DNA from: Escherichia coli 042
GTDB taxonomy: Bacteria; Pseudomonadota; Gammaproteobacteria; Enterobacterales; Enterobacteriaceae
Reading direction: 5' to 3' (one strand)
Assembly (NCBI RefSeq): GCF_000027125.1
Contig: NC_017626.1
DNA length: 64,000 bases
Position numbers and translations under genes: made by a program. Below, piece by piece: positions 10,215 to 20,789 of the stretch. Positions within the stretch are counted from its first letter, which is position 1; each line of letters starts with the position of its first letter. The notes below the pieces were generated by a model. It was not told the origin of the DNA, ran no database searches, and was given only the letters and a program-made list of their open reading frames with translations.

Positions 10215-11483
10215 ATGTATGATTTTGTGATTATTGGCGGTGGCATCATCGGCATGTCGACCGCCATGCAACTGATTGATGTCTACCCGGACGCCCGCAT
10301 TGCGTTGCTGGAAAAAGAGTCCGGCCCGGCCTGTCACCAGACGGGCCACAACAGCGGCGTGATCCATGCCGGGGTTTATTACACGCCCGGTAGCCTGAAG
10401 GCACAGTTTTGCCTGGCGGGAAACCGCGCCACCAAAGCCTTTTGCGATCAAAACGGCATTCGCTATGACAACTGCGGCAAGATGCTGGTCGCCACCTCTG
10501 AACTCGAAATGGAACGGATGTGCGCGTTGTGGGAACGTACGGCGGCGAATGGTATCGAGCGCGAGTGGCTAAACGCCGAGGAACTGCGCGAGCGCGAACC
10601 GAATATCACCGGGCTCGGCGGCATTTTTGTGCCGTCCAGCGGCATTGTCAGCTATCGCGAAGTGACGGCGGCGATGGCAAAAATCTTCCAGGCCAGAGGC
10701 GGCGAGATTATTTATAACGCCGAAGTCAGCGCCCTCAGTGAGCATAAAAACGGCGTGGTGATACGTACCCGTCAGGGCGGTGAATATGAAGCATCGACGC
10801 TGATTAGCTGTTCCGGGCTGATGGCTGACCGGCTGGTGAAAATGCTCGGCCTCGAACCGGGCTTTATTATCTGCCCGTTCCGTGGCGAGTATTTCCGCCT
10901 TGCGCCGGAGCATAACCAGATTGTTAACCACCTGATTTACCCCATTCCCGACCCCGCGATGCCATTTTTGGGCGTGCATCTCACCCGCATGATCGATGGC
11001 AGCGTGACCGTCGGGCCAAACGCGGTGCTGGCTTTTAAACGCGAAGGCTATCGCAAGCGCGATTTCTCGTTTAGTGACACGCTGGAGATTTTAGGCTCGT
11101 CGGGGATTCGCCGGGTGCTGCAAAACCATCTACGCTCAGGATTGGGCGAGATGAAAAACTCGCTGTGCAAAAGCGGCTATCTGCGGCTGGTGCAAAAATA
11201 TTGTCCCCGGCTTTCGTTAAGCGATCTCCAGCCCTGGCCCGCCGGTGTGCGGGCGCAGGCGGTATCGCCGGACGGCAAGCTGATTGACGATTTTCTGTTT
11301 GTCACCACCCCGCGCACGATCCACACCTGCAATGCGCCCTCCCCGGCAGCGACATCAGCAATTCCTATTGGTGCGCATATTGTCAGCAAGGTACAAACGC
11401 TGTTGGCAAGCCAGAGTAACCCCGGACGCACGCTGCGAGCGGCACGTAGTGTGGATGCCTTACACGCCGCATTTAATCAATAA
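10215..11483 (+). CDS. lhgO: L-2-hydroxyglutarate oxidase/dehydrogenase (FAD-dependent)
   Basis: MYDFVIIGGGIIGMSTAMQL... FAD-binding GxGxxG motif; synteny csiD-lhgO-gabD. Confidence 0.93.
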   Translation: MYDFVIIGGGIIGMSTAMQLIDVYPDARIALLEKESGPACHQTGHNSGVIHAGVYYTPGSLKAQFCLAGNRATKAFCDQNGIRYDNCGKMLVATSELEMERMCALWERTAANGIEREWLNAEELREREPNITGLGGIFVPSSGIVSYREVTAAMAKIFQARGGEIIYNAEVSALSEHKNGVVIRTRQGGEYEASTLISCSGLMADRLVKMLGLEPGFIICPFRGEYFRLAPEHNQIVNHLIYPIPDPAMPFLGVHLTRMIDGSVTVGPNAVLAFKREGYRKRDFSFSDTLEILGSSGIRRVLQNHLRSGLGEMKNSLCKSGYLRLVQKYCPRLSLSDLQPWPAGVRAQAVSPDGKLIDDFLFVTTPRTIHTCNAPSPAATSAIPIGAHIVSKVQTLLASQSNPGRTLRAARSVDALHAAFNQ

Positions 11484-11505
11484 CCTTTGAAAACAGGACG
11501 TAACA

Positions 11506-12954
11506 ATGAAACTTAACGACAGTAACTTATTCCGCCAGCAGGCGTTGATTAACGGGGAATGGCTGGACGCCAACAATGGCGAGGTCATCGACGTCACCAA
11601 TCCGGCGAACGGCGACAAGCTGGGTAGCGTACCCAAAATGGGCGCTGATGAAACCCGCGCCGCTATCGACGCCGCCAACCGCGCTCTGCCCGCCTGGCGT
11701 GCGCTCACCGCCAAAGAACGCGCCAACATTCTGCGCAACTGGTTCAATTTGATGATGGAGCATCAGGACGATTTAGCGCGCCTGATGACCCTCGAACAGG
11801 GTAAACCGCTGGCTGAAGCGAAAGGTGAAATCAGCTACGCCGCCTCCTTTATTGAGTGGTTTGCTGAAGAAGGCAAACGCATTTATGGCGACACCATTCC
11901 TGGTCATCAGGCCGATAAACGCCTGATTGTTATCAAGCAGCCGATTGGCGTCACCGCGGCTATCACGCCGTGGAACTTCCCGGCGGCGATGATTACCCGC
12001 AAAGCCGGTCCGGCGCTGGCGGCAGGCTGCACGATGGTGCTGAAACCTGCCAGTCAGACGCCGTTCTCTGCGCTGGCGCTGGCGGAACTGGCGATTCGCG
12101 CAGGCGTTCCGGCTGGCGTATTTAACGTGGTCACCGGTTCGGCGGGCGCGGTCGGTAACGAACTGACCAGCAATCCGCTGGTGCGCAAGCTGTCGTTTAC
12201 CGGCTCGACCGAAATTGGCCGCCAGTTAATGGAACAGTGCGCGAAAGACATCAAGAAAGTGTCGCTGGAGCTGGGCGGCAACGCGCCGTTTATCGTCTTT
12301 GACGATGCCGACCTCGACAAAGCCGTGGAAGGCGCACTGGCCTCGAAATTCCGCAACGCCGGGCAAACCTGCGTCTGCGCCAACCGTTTATATGTGCAGG
12401 ACGGCGTGTATGACCGCTTTGCCGAAAAATTACAGCAGGCGGTGAGCAAACTGCACATCGGCGACGGGCTGGAGAAAGGCGTCACCATCGGGCCGCTGAT
12501 TGATGAAAAAGCGGTAGCAAAAGTGGAAGAGCATATTGCCGATGCGCTGGAGAAAGGTGCGCGTGTGGTTTGCGGCGGTAAAGCACACGAACGCGGCGGC
12601 AACTTCTTCCAGCCGACCATTCTGGTGGACGTTCCGGCCAACGCCAAAGTGTCGAAAGAAGAGACATTCGGCCCCCTCGCCCCGCTGTTCCGTTTTAAAG
12701 ATGAAGCCGATGTGATCGCGCAAGCCAATGACACCGAATTTGGTCTTGCCGCCTATTTCTACGCCCGTGATTTAAGCCGCGTCTTCCGCGTGGGCGAGGC
12801 GCTGGAGTACGGCATCGTCGGCATTAATACTGGCATTATTTCCAATGAAGTGGCCCCGTTCGGTGGCATTAAAGCCTCGGGTCTGGGTCGTGAAGGTTCG
12901 AAGTATGGCATCGAAGATTACTTAGAAATCAAATATATGTGCATCGGTCTTTAA
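11506..12954 (+). CDS. gabD: Succinate-semialdehyde dehydrogenase (NADP+)
   Basis: 482-aa aldehyde dehydrogenase; synteny. Confidence 0.95.
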   Translation: MKLNDSNLFRQQALINGEWLDANNGEVIDVTNPANGDKLGSVPKMGADETRAAIDAANRALPAWRALTAKERANILRNWFNLMMEHQDDLARLMTLEQGKPLAEAKGEISYAASFIEWFAEEGKRIYGDTIPGHQADKRLIVIKQPIGVTAAITPWNFPAAMITRKAGPALAAGCTMVLKPASQTPFSALALAELAIRAGVPAGVFNVVTGSAGAVGNELTSNPLVRKLSFTGSTEIGRQLMEQCAKDIKKVSLELGGNAPFIVFDDADLDKAVEGALASKFRNAGQTCVCANRLYVQDGVYDRFAEKLQQAVSKLHIGDGLEKGVTIGPLIDEKAVAKVEEHIADALEKGARVVCGGKAHERGGNFFQPTILVDVPANAKVSKEETFGPLAPLFRFKDEADVIAQANDTEFGLAAYFYARDLSRVFRVGEALEYGIVGINTGIISNEVAPFGGIKASGLGREGSKYGIEDYLEIKYMCIGL

Positions 12955-12967
12955 CTGGAGAACGCGA

Positions 12968-14248
12968 ATGAGCAGCAATAAAGAGTTAATGCAGCGCCGC
13001 AGTCAGGCGATTCCCCGTGGCGTTGGGCAAATTCACCCCATTTTCGCTGACCGCGCGGAAAACTGCCGGGTGTGGGACGTTGAAGGCCGTGAGTATCTTG
13101 ATTTCGCGGGCGGCATTGCGGTGCTCAATACCGGGCACCTGCATCCGAAAGTGGTTGCGGCGGTGGAAGCGCAGTTGAAAAAGCTGTCGCACACCTGCTT
13201 CCAGGTGCTGGCTTACGAACCGTATCTGGAGCTGTGCGAGATTATGAATCAGAAGGTGCCGGGAGATTTCGCCAAAAAAACGCTGCTGGTTACGACCGGT
13301 TCCGAAGCGGTGGAAAACGCGGTGAAAATCGCCCGCGCCGCCACCAAACGCAGCGGGACCATCGCCTTTAGCGGTGCATATCACGGGCGCACGCATTACA
13401 CGCTGGCGCTGACCGGCAAGGTGAATCCGTACTCTGCGGGCATGGGACTGATGCCTGGGCACGTTTATCGCGCGCTTTATCCTTGCCCGCTGCACGGCAT
13501 CAGTGAAGATGACGCTATCGCCAGCATCCACCGGATCTTTAAAAATGACGCCGCGCCGGAAGATATCGCAGCCATCGTGATTGAGCCCGTTCAGGGCGAA
13601 GGCGGTTTCTACGCCGCGACGCCAGCCTTTATGCAGCGTTTACGCGCTCTGTGTGACGAGCACGGGATCATGCTGATTGCCGATGAAGTGCAGAGCGGCG
13701 CGGGGCGTACCGGCACGCTGTTTGCGATGGAGCAGATGGGCGTTGCGCCGGATCTTACCACCTTTGCGAAATCGATCGCAGGCGGCTTCCCGCTGGCGGG
13801 CGTCACCGGGCGCGCGGAAGTGATGGATGCCGTCGCTCCAGGCGGTCTGGGCGGCACCTATGCCGGTAACCCGATTGCCTGCGTGGCTGCGCTGGAAGTG
13901 TTGAAGGTGTTTGAGCAGGAAAATCTGCTGCAAAAAGCCAACGATCTGGGGCAGAAGTTGAAAGACGGATTGCTGGCGATAGCCGAAAAACACCCGGAGA
14001 TCGGCGATGTACGCGGGCTGGGAGCGATGATTGCCATCGAGCTGTTTGAAGATGGCGATCACAGCAAACCGGACGCCAAACTCACCGCCGAGATCGTGGC
14101 GCGTGCTCGCGATAAAGGCCTGATTCTTCTCTCCTGCGGCCCGTATTACAACGTGCTGCGCATCCTTGTACCGCTCACCATTGAAGACGCTCAGATCCGT
14201 CAGGGTCTGGAGATCATCAGCCAGTGTTTTGATGAGGCGAAGCAGTAG
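12968..14248 (+). CDS. gabT: 4-aminobutyrate aminotransferase (PLP-dependent)
   Basis: 426-aa class-III aminotransferase; synteny. Confidence 0.95.
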   Translation: MSSNKELMQRRSQAIPRGVGQIHPIFADRAENCRVWDVEGREYLDFAGGIAVLNTGHLHPKVVAAVEAQLKKLSHTCFQVLAYEPYLELCEIMNQKVPGDFAKKTLLVTTGSEAVENAVKIARAATKRSGTIAFSGAYHGRTHYTLALTGKVNPYSAGMGLMPGHVYRALYPCPLHGISEDDAIASIHRIFKNDAAPEDIAAIVIEPVQGEGGFYAATPAFMQRLRALCDEHGIMLIADEVQSGAGRTGTLFAMEQMGVAPDLTTFAKSIAGGFPLAGVTGRAEVMDAVAPGGLGGTYAGNPIACVAALEVLKVFEQENLLQKANDLGQKLKDGLLAIAEKHPEIGDVRGLGAMIAIELFEDGDHSKPDAKLTAEIVARARDKGLILLSCGPYYNVLRILVPLTIEDAQIRQGLEIISQCFDEAKQ

Positions 14249-14257
14249 CACCGCACC

Positions 14258-14425
14258 CATGCCGGAGGCGACGCTGCGCGTCTTGTCCGGCCCACGAAAA
14301 TGTAGGTCGGATAAGGCGTTTACGCCGCATCCGACATTCGGCGCACCATGCCGGAGGCGACGCTTTGCGTCTTGTCCGGCCTACGAGAATCCAGGTCGGG
14401 TAAGGCGGAGCCGCTCTCCGGCAAA
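14258..14425. repeat. REP/BIME-type extragenic palindromic repeats, two near-identical units
   Basis: Unit catgccggaggcgacgct[g/t]cgcgtcttgtccggcc... occurs twice, plus gccgcatccgacattcggcg; typical E. coli REP sequence. Confidence 0.8.
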
Positions 14426-14511
14426 AAGAATCAATAACAATTAAACGCGTGACCCGACGCGGGAAATGTCGGGGCGCTCTCCCAAGTGACACACTTTCGA
14501 GAGGATTCAGG

Positions 14512-15912
14512 ATGGGGCAATCATCGCAACCACATGAGTTAGGCGGCGGGCTGAAGTCACGCCACGTCACCATGTTGTCTATTGCCGGTGTTATCGGCGC
14601 AAGTCTGTTTGTCGGTTCCAGCGTCGCCATCGCCGAAGCGGGCCCGGCGGTATTACTGGCCTATTTGTTCGCCGGATTACTGGTGGTTATGATCATGCGG
14701 ATGCTGGCGGAAATGGCGGTTGCCACGCCCGACACGGGTTCGTTTTCCACCTATGCCGATAAAGCTATTGGCCGTTGGGCGGGTTATACCATCGGCTGGC
14801 TGTACTGGTGGTTTTGGGTACTGGTTATCCCGCTGGAAGCCAACATCGCCGCCATGATCCTGCACTCGTGGGTTCCAGGCATTCCCATCTGGTTATTTTC
14901 CCTCGTCATTACCCTCGCCTTAACTGGCAGTAATTTATTAAGCGTTAAAAACTACGGCGAATTTGAATTCTGGCTGGCGCTGTGCAAAGTCATCGCTATC
15001 CTGGCCTTTATTTTCCTTGGTGCAGTCGCAATTAGCGGTTTTTACCCTTATGCCGAAGTGAGCGGGATCTCAAGATTGTGGGATAGCGGCGGCTTTATGC
15101 CCAACGGCTTCGGTGCGGTATTAAGCGCGATGTTGATCACCATGTTCTCGTTTATGGGCGCAGAAATTGTCACCATTGCCGCCGCGGAATCCGACACGCC
15201 GGAAAAACATATTGTCCGCGCCACCAACTCGGTTATCTGGCGTATCTCTATTTTCTATTTGTGTTCTATTTTTGTCGTTGTGGCATTAATACCGTGGAAT
15301 ATGCCGGGGCTGAAAGCCGTTGGATCTTATCGCTCGGTTCTGGAATTGCTCAATATTCCCCATGCGAAATTAATCATGGACTGCGTGATATTACTTTCCG
15401 TAACCAGTTGCCTGAACTCGGCGCTGTATACCGCTTCCAGAATGCTCTACTCCTTAAGCCGTCGCGGTGATGCTCCCGCGGTAATGGGTAAAATCAACCG
15501 CAGTAAAACCCCGTATGTGGCGGTATTACTCTCCACCGGCGCGGCATTTTTAACGGTGGTGGTGAACTATTACGCGCCTGCGAAAGTGTTTAAATTTCTT
15601 ATCGACAGCTCCGGCGCTATCGCCCTGCTGGTTTATTTAGTCATCGCCGTTTCACAATTGCGGATGCGTAAAATTCTGCGAGCAGAAGGAAGCGAAATTC
15701 GCCTGCGGATGTGGCTTTATCCGTGGCTCACCTGGCTGGTCATCGGTTTTATAACCTTTGTGTTGGTAGTGATGCTATTCCGCCCGGCGCAACAGTTAGA
15801 AGTGATCTCCACCGGTTTATTAGCGATAGGGATAATCTGTACCGTGCCAATTATGGCTCGCTGGAAAAAGCTGGTATTGTGGCAAAAAACACCCGTTCAT
15901 AATACGCGCTAA
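14512..15912 (+). CDS. gabP: GABA permease (APC family)
   Basis: MGQSSQPHELGGGLKSRHV...; GAGG 8 nt upstream of the ATG at 14512. The ORF-track start at 14449 is an extension. Confidence 0.93.
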   Translation: MGQSSQPHELGGGLKSRHVTMLSIAGVIGASLFVGSSVAIAEAGPAVLLAYLFAGLLVVMIMRMLAEMAVATPDTGSFSTYADKAIGRWAGYTIGWLYWWFWVLVIPLEANIAAMILHSWVPGIPIWLFSLVITLALTGSNLLSVKNYGEFEFWLALCKVIAILAFIFLGAVAISGFYPYAEVSGISRLWDSGGFMPNGFGAVLSAMLITMFSFMGAEIVTIAAAESDTPEKHIVRATNSVIWRISIFYLCSIFVVVALIPWNMPGLKAVGSYRSVLELLNIPHAKLIMDCVILLSVTSCLNSALYTASRMLYSLSRRGDAPAVMGKINRSKTPYVAVLLSTGAAFLTVVVNYYAPAKVFKFLIDSSGAIALLVYLVIAVSQLRMRKILRAEGSEIRLRMWLYPWLTWLVIGFITFVLVVMLFRPAQQLEVISTGLLAIGIICTVPIMARWKKLVLWQKTPVHNTR

Positions 15913-15932
15913 TAATGATCAGGAGTCACACC

Positions 15933-16595
15933 ATGACCATTACGTCTCTGGATGGCTATCGCTGGCTGAAGAACGATATTATTCGCGGAAACTTTCAACC
16001 GGATGAAAAATTACGGATGAGTTTGCTGACATCGCGTTATGCACTTGGCGTTGGGCCGTTGCGGGAAGCGCTTTCGCAACTGGTAGCAGAACGACTGGTC
16101 ACGGTGGTGAATCAAAAAGGGTATCGGGTGGCGTCTATGTCAGAGCAGGAACTGCTCGATATTTTCGACGCCCGCGCCAATATGGAAGCGATGCTGGTCA
16201 GTCTGGCGATTGCCCGCGGTGGGGATGAGTGGGAGGCAGACGTTCTCGCAAAAGCGCATCTGCTCAGTAAGCTGGAAGCCTGTGACGCCAGCGAGAAAAT
16301 GCTTGATGAGTGGGATCTGCGTCATCAGGCGTTTCATACTGCAATTGTGGCGGGCTGTGGTTCTCACTATTTGCTGCAAATGCGTGAACGGTTGTTTGAT
16401 CTGGCGGCGCGCTATCGATTTATCTGGCTGCGGCGAACAGTGCTTTCGGTGGAAATGCTGGAAGATAAACACGATCAGCACCAGACCCTGACTGCGGCGG
16501 TACTGGCGCGAGATACCGCGCGCGCCAGTGAGTTAATGCGCCAGCATTTACTGACGCCAATTCCCATTATCCAGCAGGCAATGGCTGGCAATTAA
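15933..16595 (+). CDS. csiR: GntR-family repressor CsiR
   Basis: MTITSLDGYRWLKNDIIRG...; 220 aa; synteny after gabP. Confidence 0.9.
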   Translation: MTITSLDGYRWLKNDIIRGNFQPDEKLRMSLLTSRYALGVGPLREALSQLVAERLVTVVNQKGYRVASMSEQELLDIFDARANMEAMLVSLAIARGGDEWEADVLAKAHLLSKLEACDASEKMLDEWDLRHQAFHTAIVAGCGSHYLLQMRERLFDLAARYRFIWLRRTVLSVEMLEDKHDQHQTLTAAVLARDTARASELMRQHLLTPIPIIQQAMAGN

Positions 16596-17045
16596 CTACT
16601 CTTCAGGAATACGCAACACTTGCCCCGGGTAAATTTTATCCGGGCTTTTTAGCATCGGTTTATTCGCTTCGAAGATTTTATTGTACAGATTGGCGTTACC
16701 GTAGACCTGTTTGGAAATGGCACTCAGAGTGTCGCCAGACTTAACGGTATAAAACTGGCTGGCAGTGGCTGGTGTCGCCGTTTTCACCTGATCATCGACA
16801 CTGGCAATACCGGAAATATTCCCCACCGCAACAAGGATTTTCTCCTTTGCCTCCTGACTCAGGCCATCACCCGTGACCGTCGCTTTGCCGTCGGCGATTT
16901 GAATGTTCACTTTATCGGCATCAGGTATACCGGTTTTGTTCAGATGCTCCTGCACCTTCTTCGCCTGATCGTCTTTATCGTGCTGACCTGTAACCGCGTC
17001 CCAGAGTTTTTCTCCGGCATCTTTCACAAAATTGAACAGACCCAT
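16596..17045 (-). CDS. kbp: K+-binding protein Kbp/YgaU (BON + LysM domains)
   Basis: [18 protein letters not shown]... to ...GQVLRIPEE; 149 aa. Confidence 0.92.
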
Positions 17046-17128
17046 AGCTACCTCATTCGTTAACGGAAACACTCAGAAAGTGTAGCAGAGGAACGCGGCG
17101 CGTTAACGCCGCGGGGGTGAGGACAGGT

Positions 17129-17287
17129 TTAATCGCGGGTTTGCACCCAGAAAGCGTGAATCAAACCGGGGATATACCCAAGCAGTGTCAGCAGAATATT
17201 AATAATGAACGCCCAACCGAACCCTTTACCGAGCAGCACGCCGAGCGGCGGCAGAATGATGGTGATGACGATTCTCCAGAAACCCAT
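17129..17287 (-). CDS. yqaE: Small membrane protein YqaE (Pmp3/UPF0057 family), 52 aa
   Basis: Hand translation MGFWRIVITIILPPLGVLLGKGFGWAFIINILLTLLGYIPGLIHAFWVQTRD; below the ORF-track size cutoff. Confidence 0.85.
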   Translation of the reverse strand: MGFWRIVITIILPPLGVLLGKGFGWAFIINILLTLLGYIPGLIHAFWVQTRD

Positions 17288-17469
17288 ATGTACTCCCTAT
17301 AAGAAAATTACTCATTGTTTAAAAAGAGATTTTATCTCTTAAGCGTAGTAATTTTAGCGGAGCCTGCCAGTTTCAGCTTACGCTTTTACTCTCATTTACG
17401 CTGCTGATGCTGGCATATGTTATATTTTTAGTTTAGAGTTTACTTAATTTAGAAAATGCTTAAATAACT

Positions 17470-17769
17470 ATGACTGAACTCGCGCAATTACAGGCTAGTG
17501 CCGAACAGGCAGCGGCCTTATTGAAAGCAATGAGCCACCCTAAACGGTTGCTGATTCTGTGCATGCTTAGCGGTTCCCCCGGCACCAGTGCGGGAGAGCT
17601 GACGCGCATTACCGGACTGAGTGCCTCTGCGACATCACAGCATCTCGCTCGTATGCGGGACGAAGGGCTTATCGACAGCCAACGGGATGCCCAACGCATT
17701 CTATATTCCATTAAAAATGAGGCGGTAAATGCCATTATCGCCACCCTGAAAAATGTCTATTGTCCGTAA
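17470..17769 (+). CDS. ygaV: ArsR-family transcriptional regulator
   Basis: 99 aa; HTH with LSGSPGTSAGELTRITGLSASATSQHLARMRDEGL. Confidence 0.9.
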   Translation: MTELAQLQASAEQAAALLKAMSHPKRLLILCMLSGSPGTSAGELTRITGLSASATSQHLARMRDEGLIDSQRDAQRILYSIKNEAVNAIIATLKNVYCP

Positions 17770-17778
17770 GGAGTCACT

Positions 17779-18303
17779 ATGGCTTTGACAACCATTTCGC
17801 CGCATGATGCACAAGAATTAATCGCACGCGGCGCAAAGTTAATCGATATTCGTGACGCTGATGAATATCTTCGTGAACATATTCCTGAAGCAGATCTGGC
17901 TCCATTATCCGTGCTGGAACAGTCAGGTCTTCCGGCTAAATTACGTCGCGAGCAAATTATATTCCACTGCCAGGCAGGTAAACGCACCAGTAATAACGCT
18001 GATAAATTAGCAGCGATTGCCGCACCCGCAGAAATCTTTTTACTCGAAGATGGGATTGATGGCTGGAAAAAAGCAGGATTGCCCGTTGCGGTAAATAAGT
18101 CTCAACCCTTGCCGTTAATGCGCCAGGTGCAGATCGCCGCGGGTGGTTTAATATTAATCGGCGTTGTACTGGGTTATACCGTAAATAGTGGTTTCTTCTT
18201 ATTAAGCGGCTTTGTTGGTGCCGGGTTACTGTTTGCAGGAATTAGCGGTTTTTGTGGGATGGCAAGGTTGTTAGATAAGATGCCGTGGAACCAACGAGCT
18301 TGA
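17779..18303 (+). CDS. ygaP: Membrane rhodanese-domain sulfurtransferase
   Basis: 174 aa; rhodanese active-site Cys (FHCQAGKR) and C-terminal transmembrane helices. Confidence 0.9.
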   Translation: MALTTISPHDAQELIARGAKLIDIRDADEYLREHIPEADLAPLSVLEQSGLPAKLRREQIIFHCQAGKRTSNNADKLAAIAAPAEIFLLEDGIDGWKKAGLPVAVNKSQPLPLMRQVQIAAGGLILIGVVLGYTVNSGFFLLSGFVGAGLLFAGISGFCGMARLLDKMPWNQRA

Positions 18304-18349
18304 GAAGCGACGCCGGACGCGCCATAGCAGCGACATCCGGCCTCAGTAA

Positions 18350-18754
18350 TTAGATCAGGAAATCGTCGAGAGATTTACCTTCTGCCAGCGCCTGAGCGAT
18401 TGGCTTCGGTGTACGGCCCTGACCGGTCCAGGTTTTAGTTTCACCGTTAACATCGGTGAATTTATATTTTGCCGGACGCGGCTGGCGTTTTTTACCAGCG
18501 CGTGGTGCAGCAGCAGAGCTATTACCCAATAACTCTTCCGGGTTAATTCCGTCAGCTTTCATCAGCTCCAGCCAGGTGCTAATTTTTTCCTGGCGCTCTG
18601 CCAGTTCACGCTGCTGCTGTTCTTCTTCTTCACGTCTTTCTTTAGTGACAACCCTGAATTTTTCGAGCATTTCTTCAAGAACGTCAATGGAGAATTCGCG
18701 AGCCATCGCACGGAGAGTGCGAATGTTATTTAAACTTTGTAACATTACGGACAT
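18350..18754 (-). CDS. stpA: H-NS paralogue StpA, nucleoid-associated protein
   Basis: 134 aa; [21 protein letters not shown]... H-NS-family sequence. Confidence 0.93.
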   Translation of the reverse strand: MSVMLQSLNNIRTLRAMAREFSIDVLEEMLEKFRVVTKERREEEEQQQRELAERQEKISTWLELMKADGINPEELLGNSSAAAPRAGKKRQPRPAKYKFTDVNGETKTWTGQGRTPKPIAQALAEGKSLDDFLI

Positions 18755-19421
18755 AATAAAGAAAACCTTTTAACGCCAAAACAAAAAAGTATTTCGTCGC
18801 GTAGTGTAAGCGATCACTTATTATATTTCCACAAAATTTAATCTATTTACAGTCCTGCGCGAGATTATTTCAGCTGTTATTTTCTGAAACTCTCAGAATA
18901 ATTTCAAGATTATATATTAGCCATTTTGATGAGTAATTTAGATTATTGGTGAACAGAGCGGCGCTCTCTGCTCGCTAATTCCGCAAGCCTGACAAAACCG
19001 AAGTGAATAAAAATGCAATATAACAGAATAAAAGAAAACACCCCTCACTGGTGCTTTCTGCTGTTAATGTACATTTTCTGGCATAAAAAATGCTGTAAAT
19101 GACCCGGTCACGACATACACCGAATTCTCTACGCTTATAGCGTTACCTCACCCCCAAACTTTCATTAGTTAAATTAAAGGTAATCTCATATCTAATTGAT
19201 TTAATTGAAAATAAATCATATCGGCATGTAAAAATCCACAATGTACAAAAAACGCGCCGTTACGGAATATTTTATCTACAAAAACTGACTAAATAAAAAT
19301 TTTTCACTAATTGATTAGTCATAGCTAGCGATATACGCTATGCGAAAATGCAGATGGCAATGAGATCCACTGTTTTCATCTCCATTAACATCCCATTACG
19401 CTTTTATTAAGGAGCATTAGC

Positions 19422-19871
19422 ATGTTCTCACCGCAGTCACGCTTGCGTCATGCAGTTGCAGATACGTTCGCGATGGTTGTTTACTGTTCTGTCGTGAACA
19501 TGTGTATTGAAGTTTTCCTCTCCGGAATGAGCTTCGAACAGTCTCTTTATTCCAGATTGGTAGCGATTCCGGTGAACATCTTAATTGCATGGCCATACGG
19601 TATGTACCGCGATCTGTTTATGCGCGCAGCACGCAAAGTTAGCCCGTCGGGCTGGATAAAAAATCTGGCGGATATCATGGCTTATGTGACGTTCCAGTCA
19701 CCGGTGTATGTGGCGATCTTGTTAGTGGTGGGCGCAGACTGGCATCAGATTATGGCGGCGGTCAGTTCAAACATCGTTGTTTCGATGTTGATGGGGGCGG
19801 TTTATGGCTACTTCCTCGATTATTGCCGCCGACTGTTTAAAGTCAGCCGTTACCAGCAGGTAAAAGCCTGA
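19422..19871 (+). CDS. alaE: L-alanine exporter AlaE
   Basis: 149-aa membrane protein [21 protein letters not shown]...; long AT-rich upstream region. Confidence 0.9.
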   Translation: MFSPQSRLRHAVADTFAMVVYCSVVNMCIEVFLSGMSFEQSLYSRLVAIPVNILIAWPYGMYRDLFMRAARKVSPSGWIKNLADIMAYVTFQSPVYVAILLVVGADWHQIMAAVSSNIVVSMLMGAVYGYFLDYCRRLFKVSRYQQVKA

Positions 19872-19907
19872 GCCTTCTTTTCGCGACTGGCATCGCCAGT
19901 CGCGTCT

Positions 19908-20252
19908 TTAACTGGCTTCGCCAAATAAACCATTCAAATAACGTTCAAGCGCAACACGCGAACTAAAGCCATGGGGGATACCGTAATGCTCATGACGTTC
20001 ACCCGCTAAATAGAGCGGAAATTGCTGGTAATGATCGCAAGTTTTAATATCGGAAGCGGGTTCAGCCAGTGTCGAACTACGTTCTTTTAATGTTGGATGA
20101 ATTACCAGGGCGGTACGTCCCATTCGTGCTTCACGATTAACATAGACATAATTTTCCCCACGGCGGTAACCATACGCTTTCTGGGTTACCACATCGACAG
20201 TAAAACCGACTTTTTCAAGTACGCGCGCCACCTCGTCTGGTCGTAAATACAT
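19908..20252 (-). CDS. ygaC: DUF2002-family protein YgaC
   Basis: 114 aa; synteny. Confidence 0.85.
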
Positions 20253-20403
20253 ATTTGATCCTCGTTATTATCAACCGCGGGCCTACCTTACCTGATTGCG
20301 CATTCACAACGCTTTCAGAAAAGTCCATAAAGCCGCGATGAACCTCAGTTAAGAAAATTATGGTCTACACTGAAAATTACATCGAATTCTAATGGGGGAT
20401 CAT

Positions 20404-20733
20404 ATGTTTAACCGACCGAACCGCAACGACGTCGATGATGGCGTGCAGGATATCCAGAATGATGTCAATCAATTAGCTGACAGCCTCGAATCTGTATTGA
20501 AGTCCTGGGGCAGCGACGCCAAAGGGGAAGCCGAAGCCGCTCGTAGTAAAGCGCAGGCTCTACTGAAAGAAACCAGAGCGCGAATGCATGGTCGTACTCG
20601 CGTCCAGCAAGCCGCGCGCGATGCCGTTGGCTGCGCGGATTCTTTTGTTCGTGAAAGACCCTGGTGTAGCGTGGGTACAGCAGCTGCGGTTGGTATTTTT
20701 ATCGGCGCACTGTTAAGCATGCGCAAATCGTAG
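20404..20733 (+). CDS. ygaM: ElaB/YqjD-family ribosome- and membrane-associated protein YgaM
   Basis: MFNRPNRNDVDDGVQDIQNDV... with C-terminal transmembrane anchor; 109 aa. Confidence 0.9.
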   Translation: MFNRPNRNDVDDGVQDIQNDVNQLADSLESVLKSWGSDAKGEAEAARSKAQALLKETRARMHGRTRVQQAARDAVGCADSFVRERPWCSVGTAAAVGIFIGALLSMRKS

Positions 20734-20754
20734 TGCAATAATGATATTAAATAC

Positions 20755-20781
20755 GCGTCTTTGACCCCGAAGCCTGGCTTC
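20755..20781 (+). terminator. Rho-independent terminator (ccccgaagcc / gcttcgggg stem, then T6)
   Basis: Perfect GC-rich hairpin followed by TTTTTT directly after ygaM. Also abuts the 3' end of the convergent MocR-type gene. Confidence 0.8.
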
Positions 20782-20789
20782 GGGGTTTT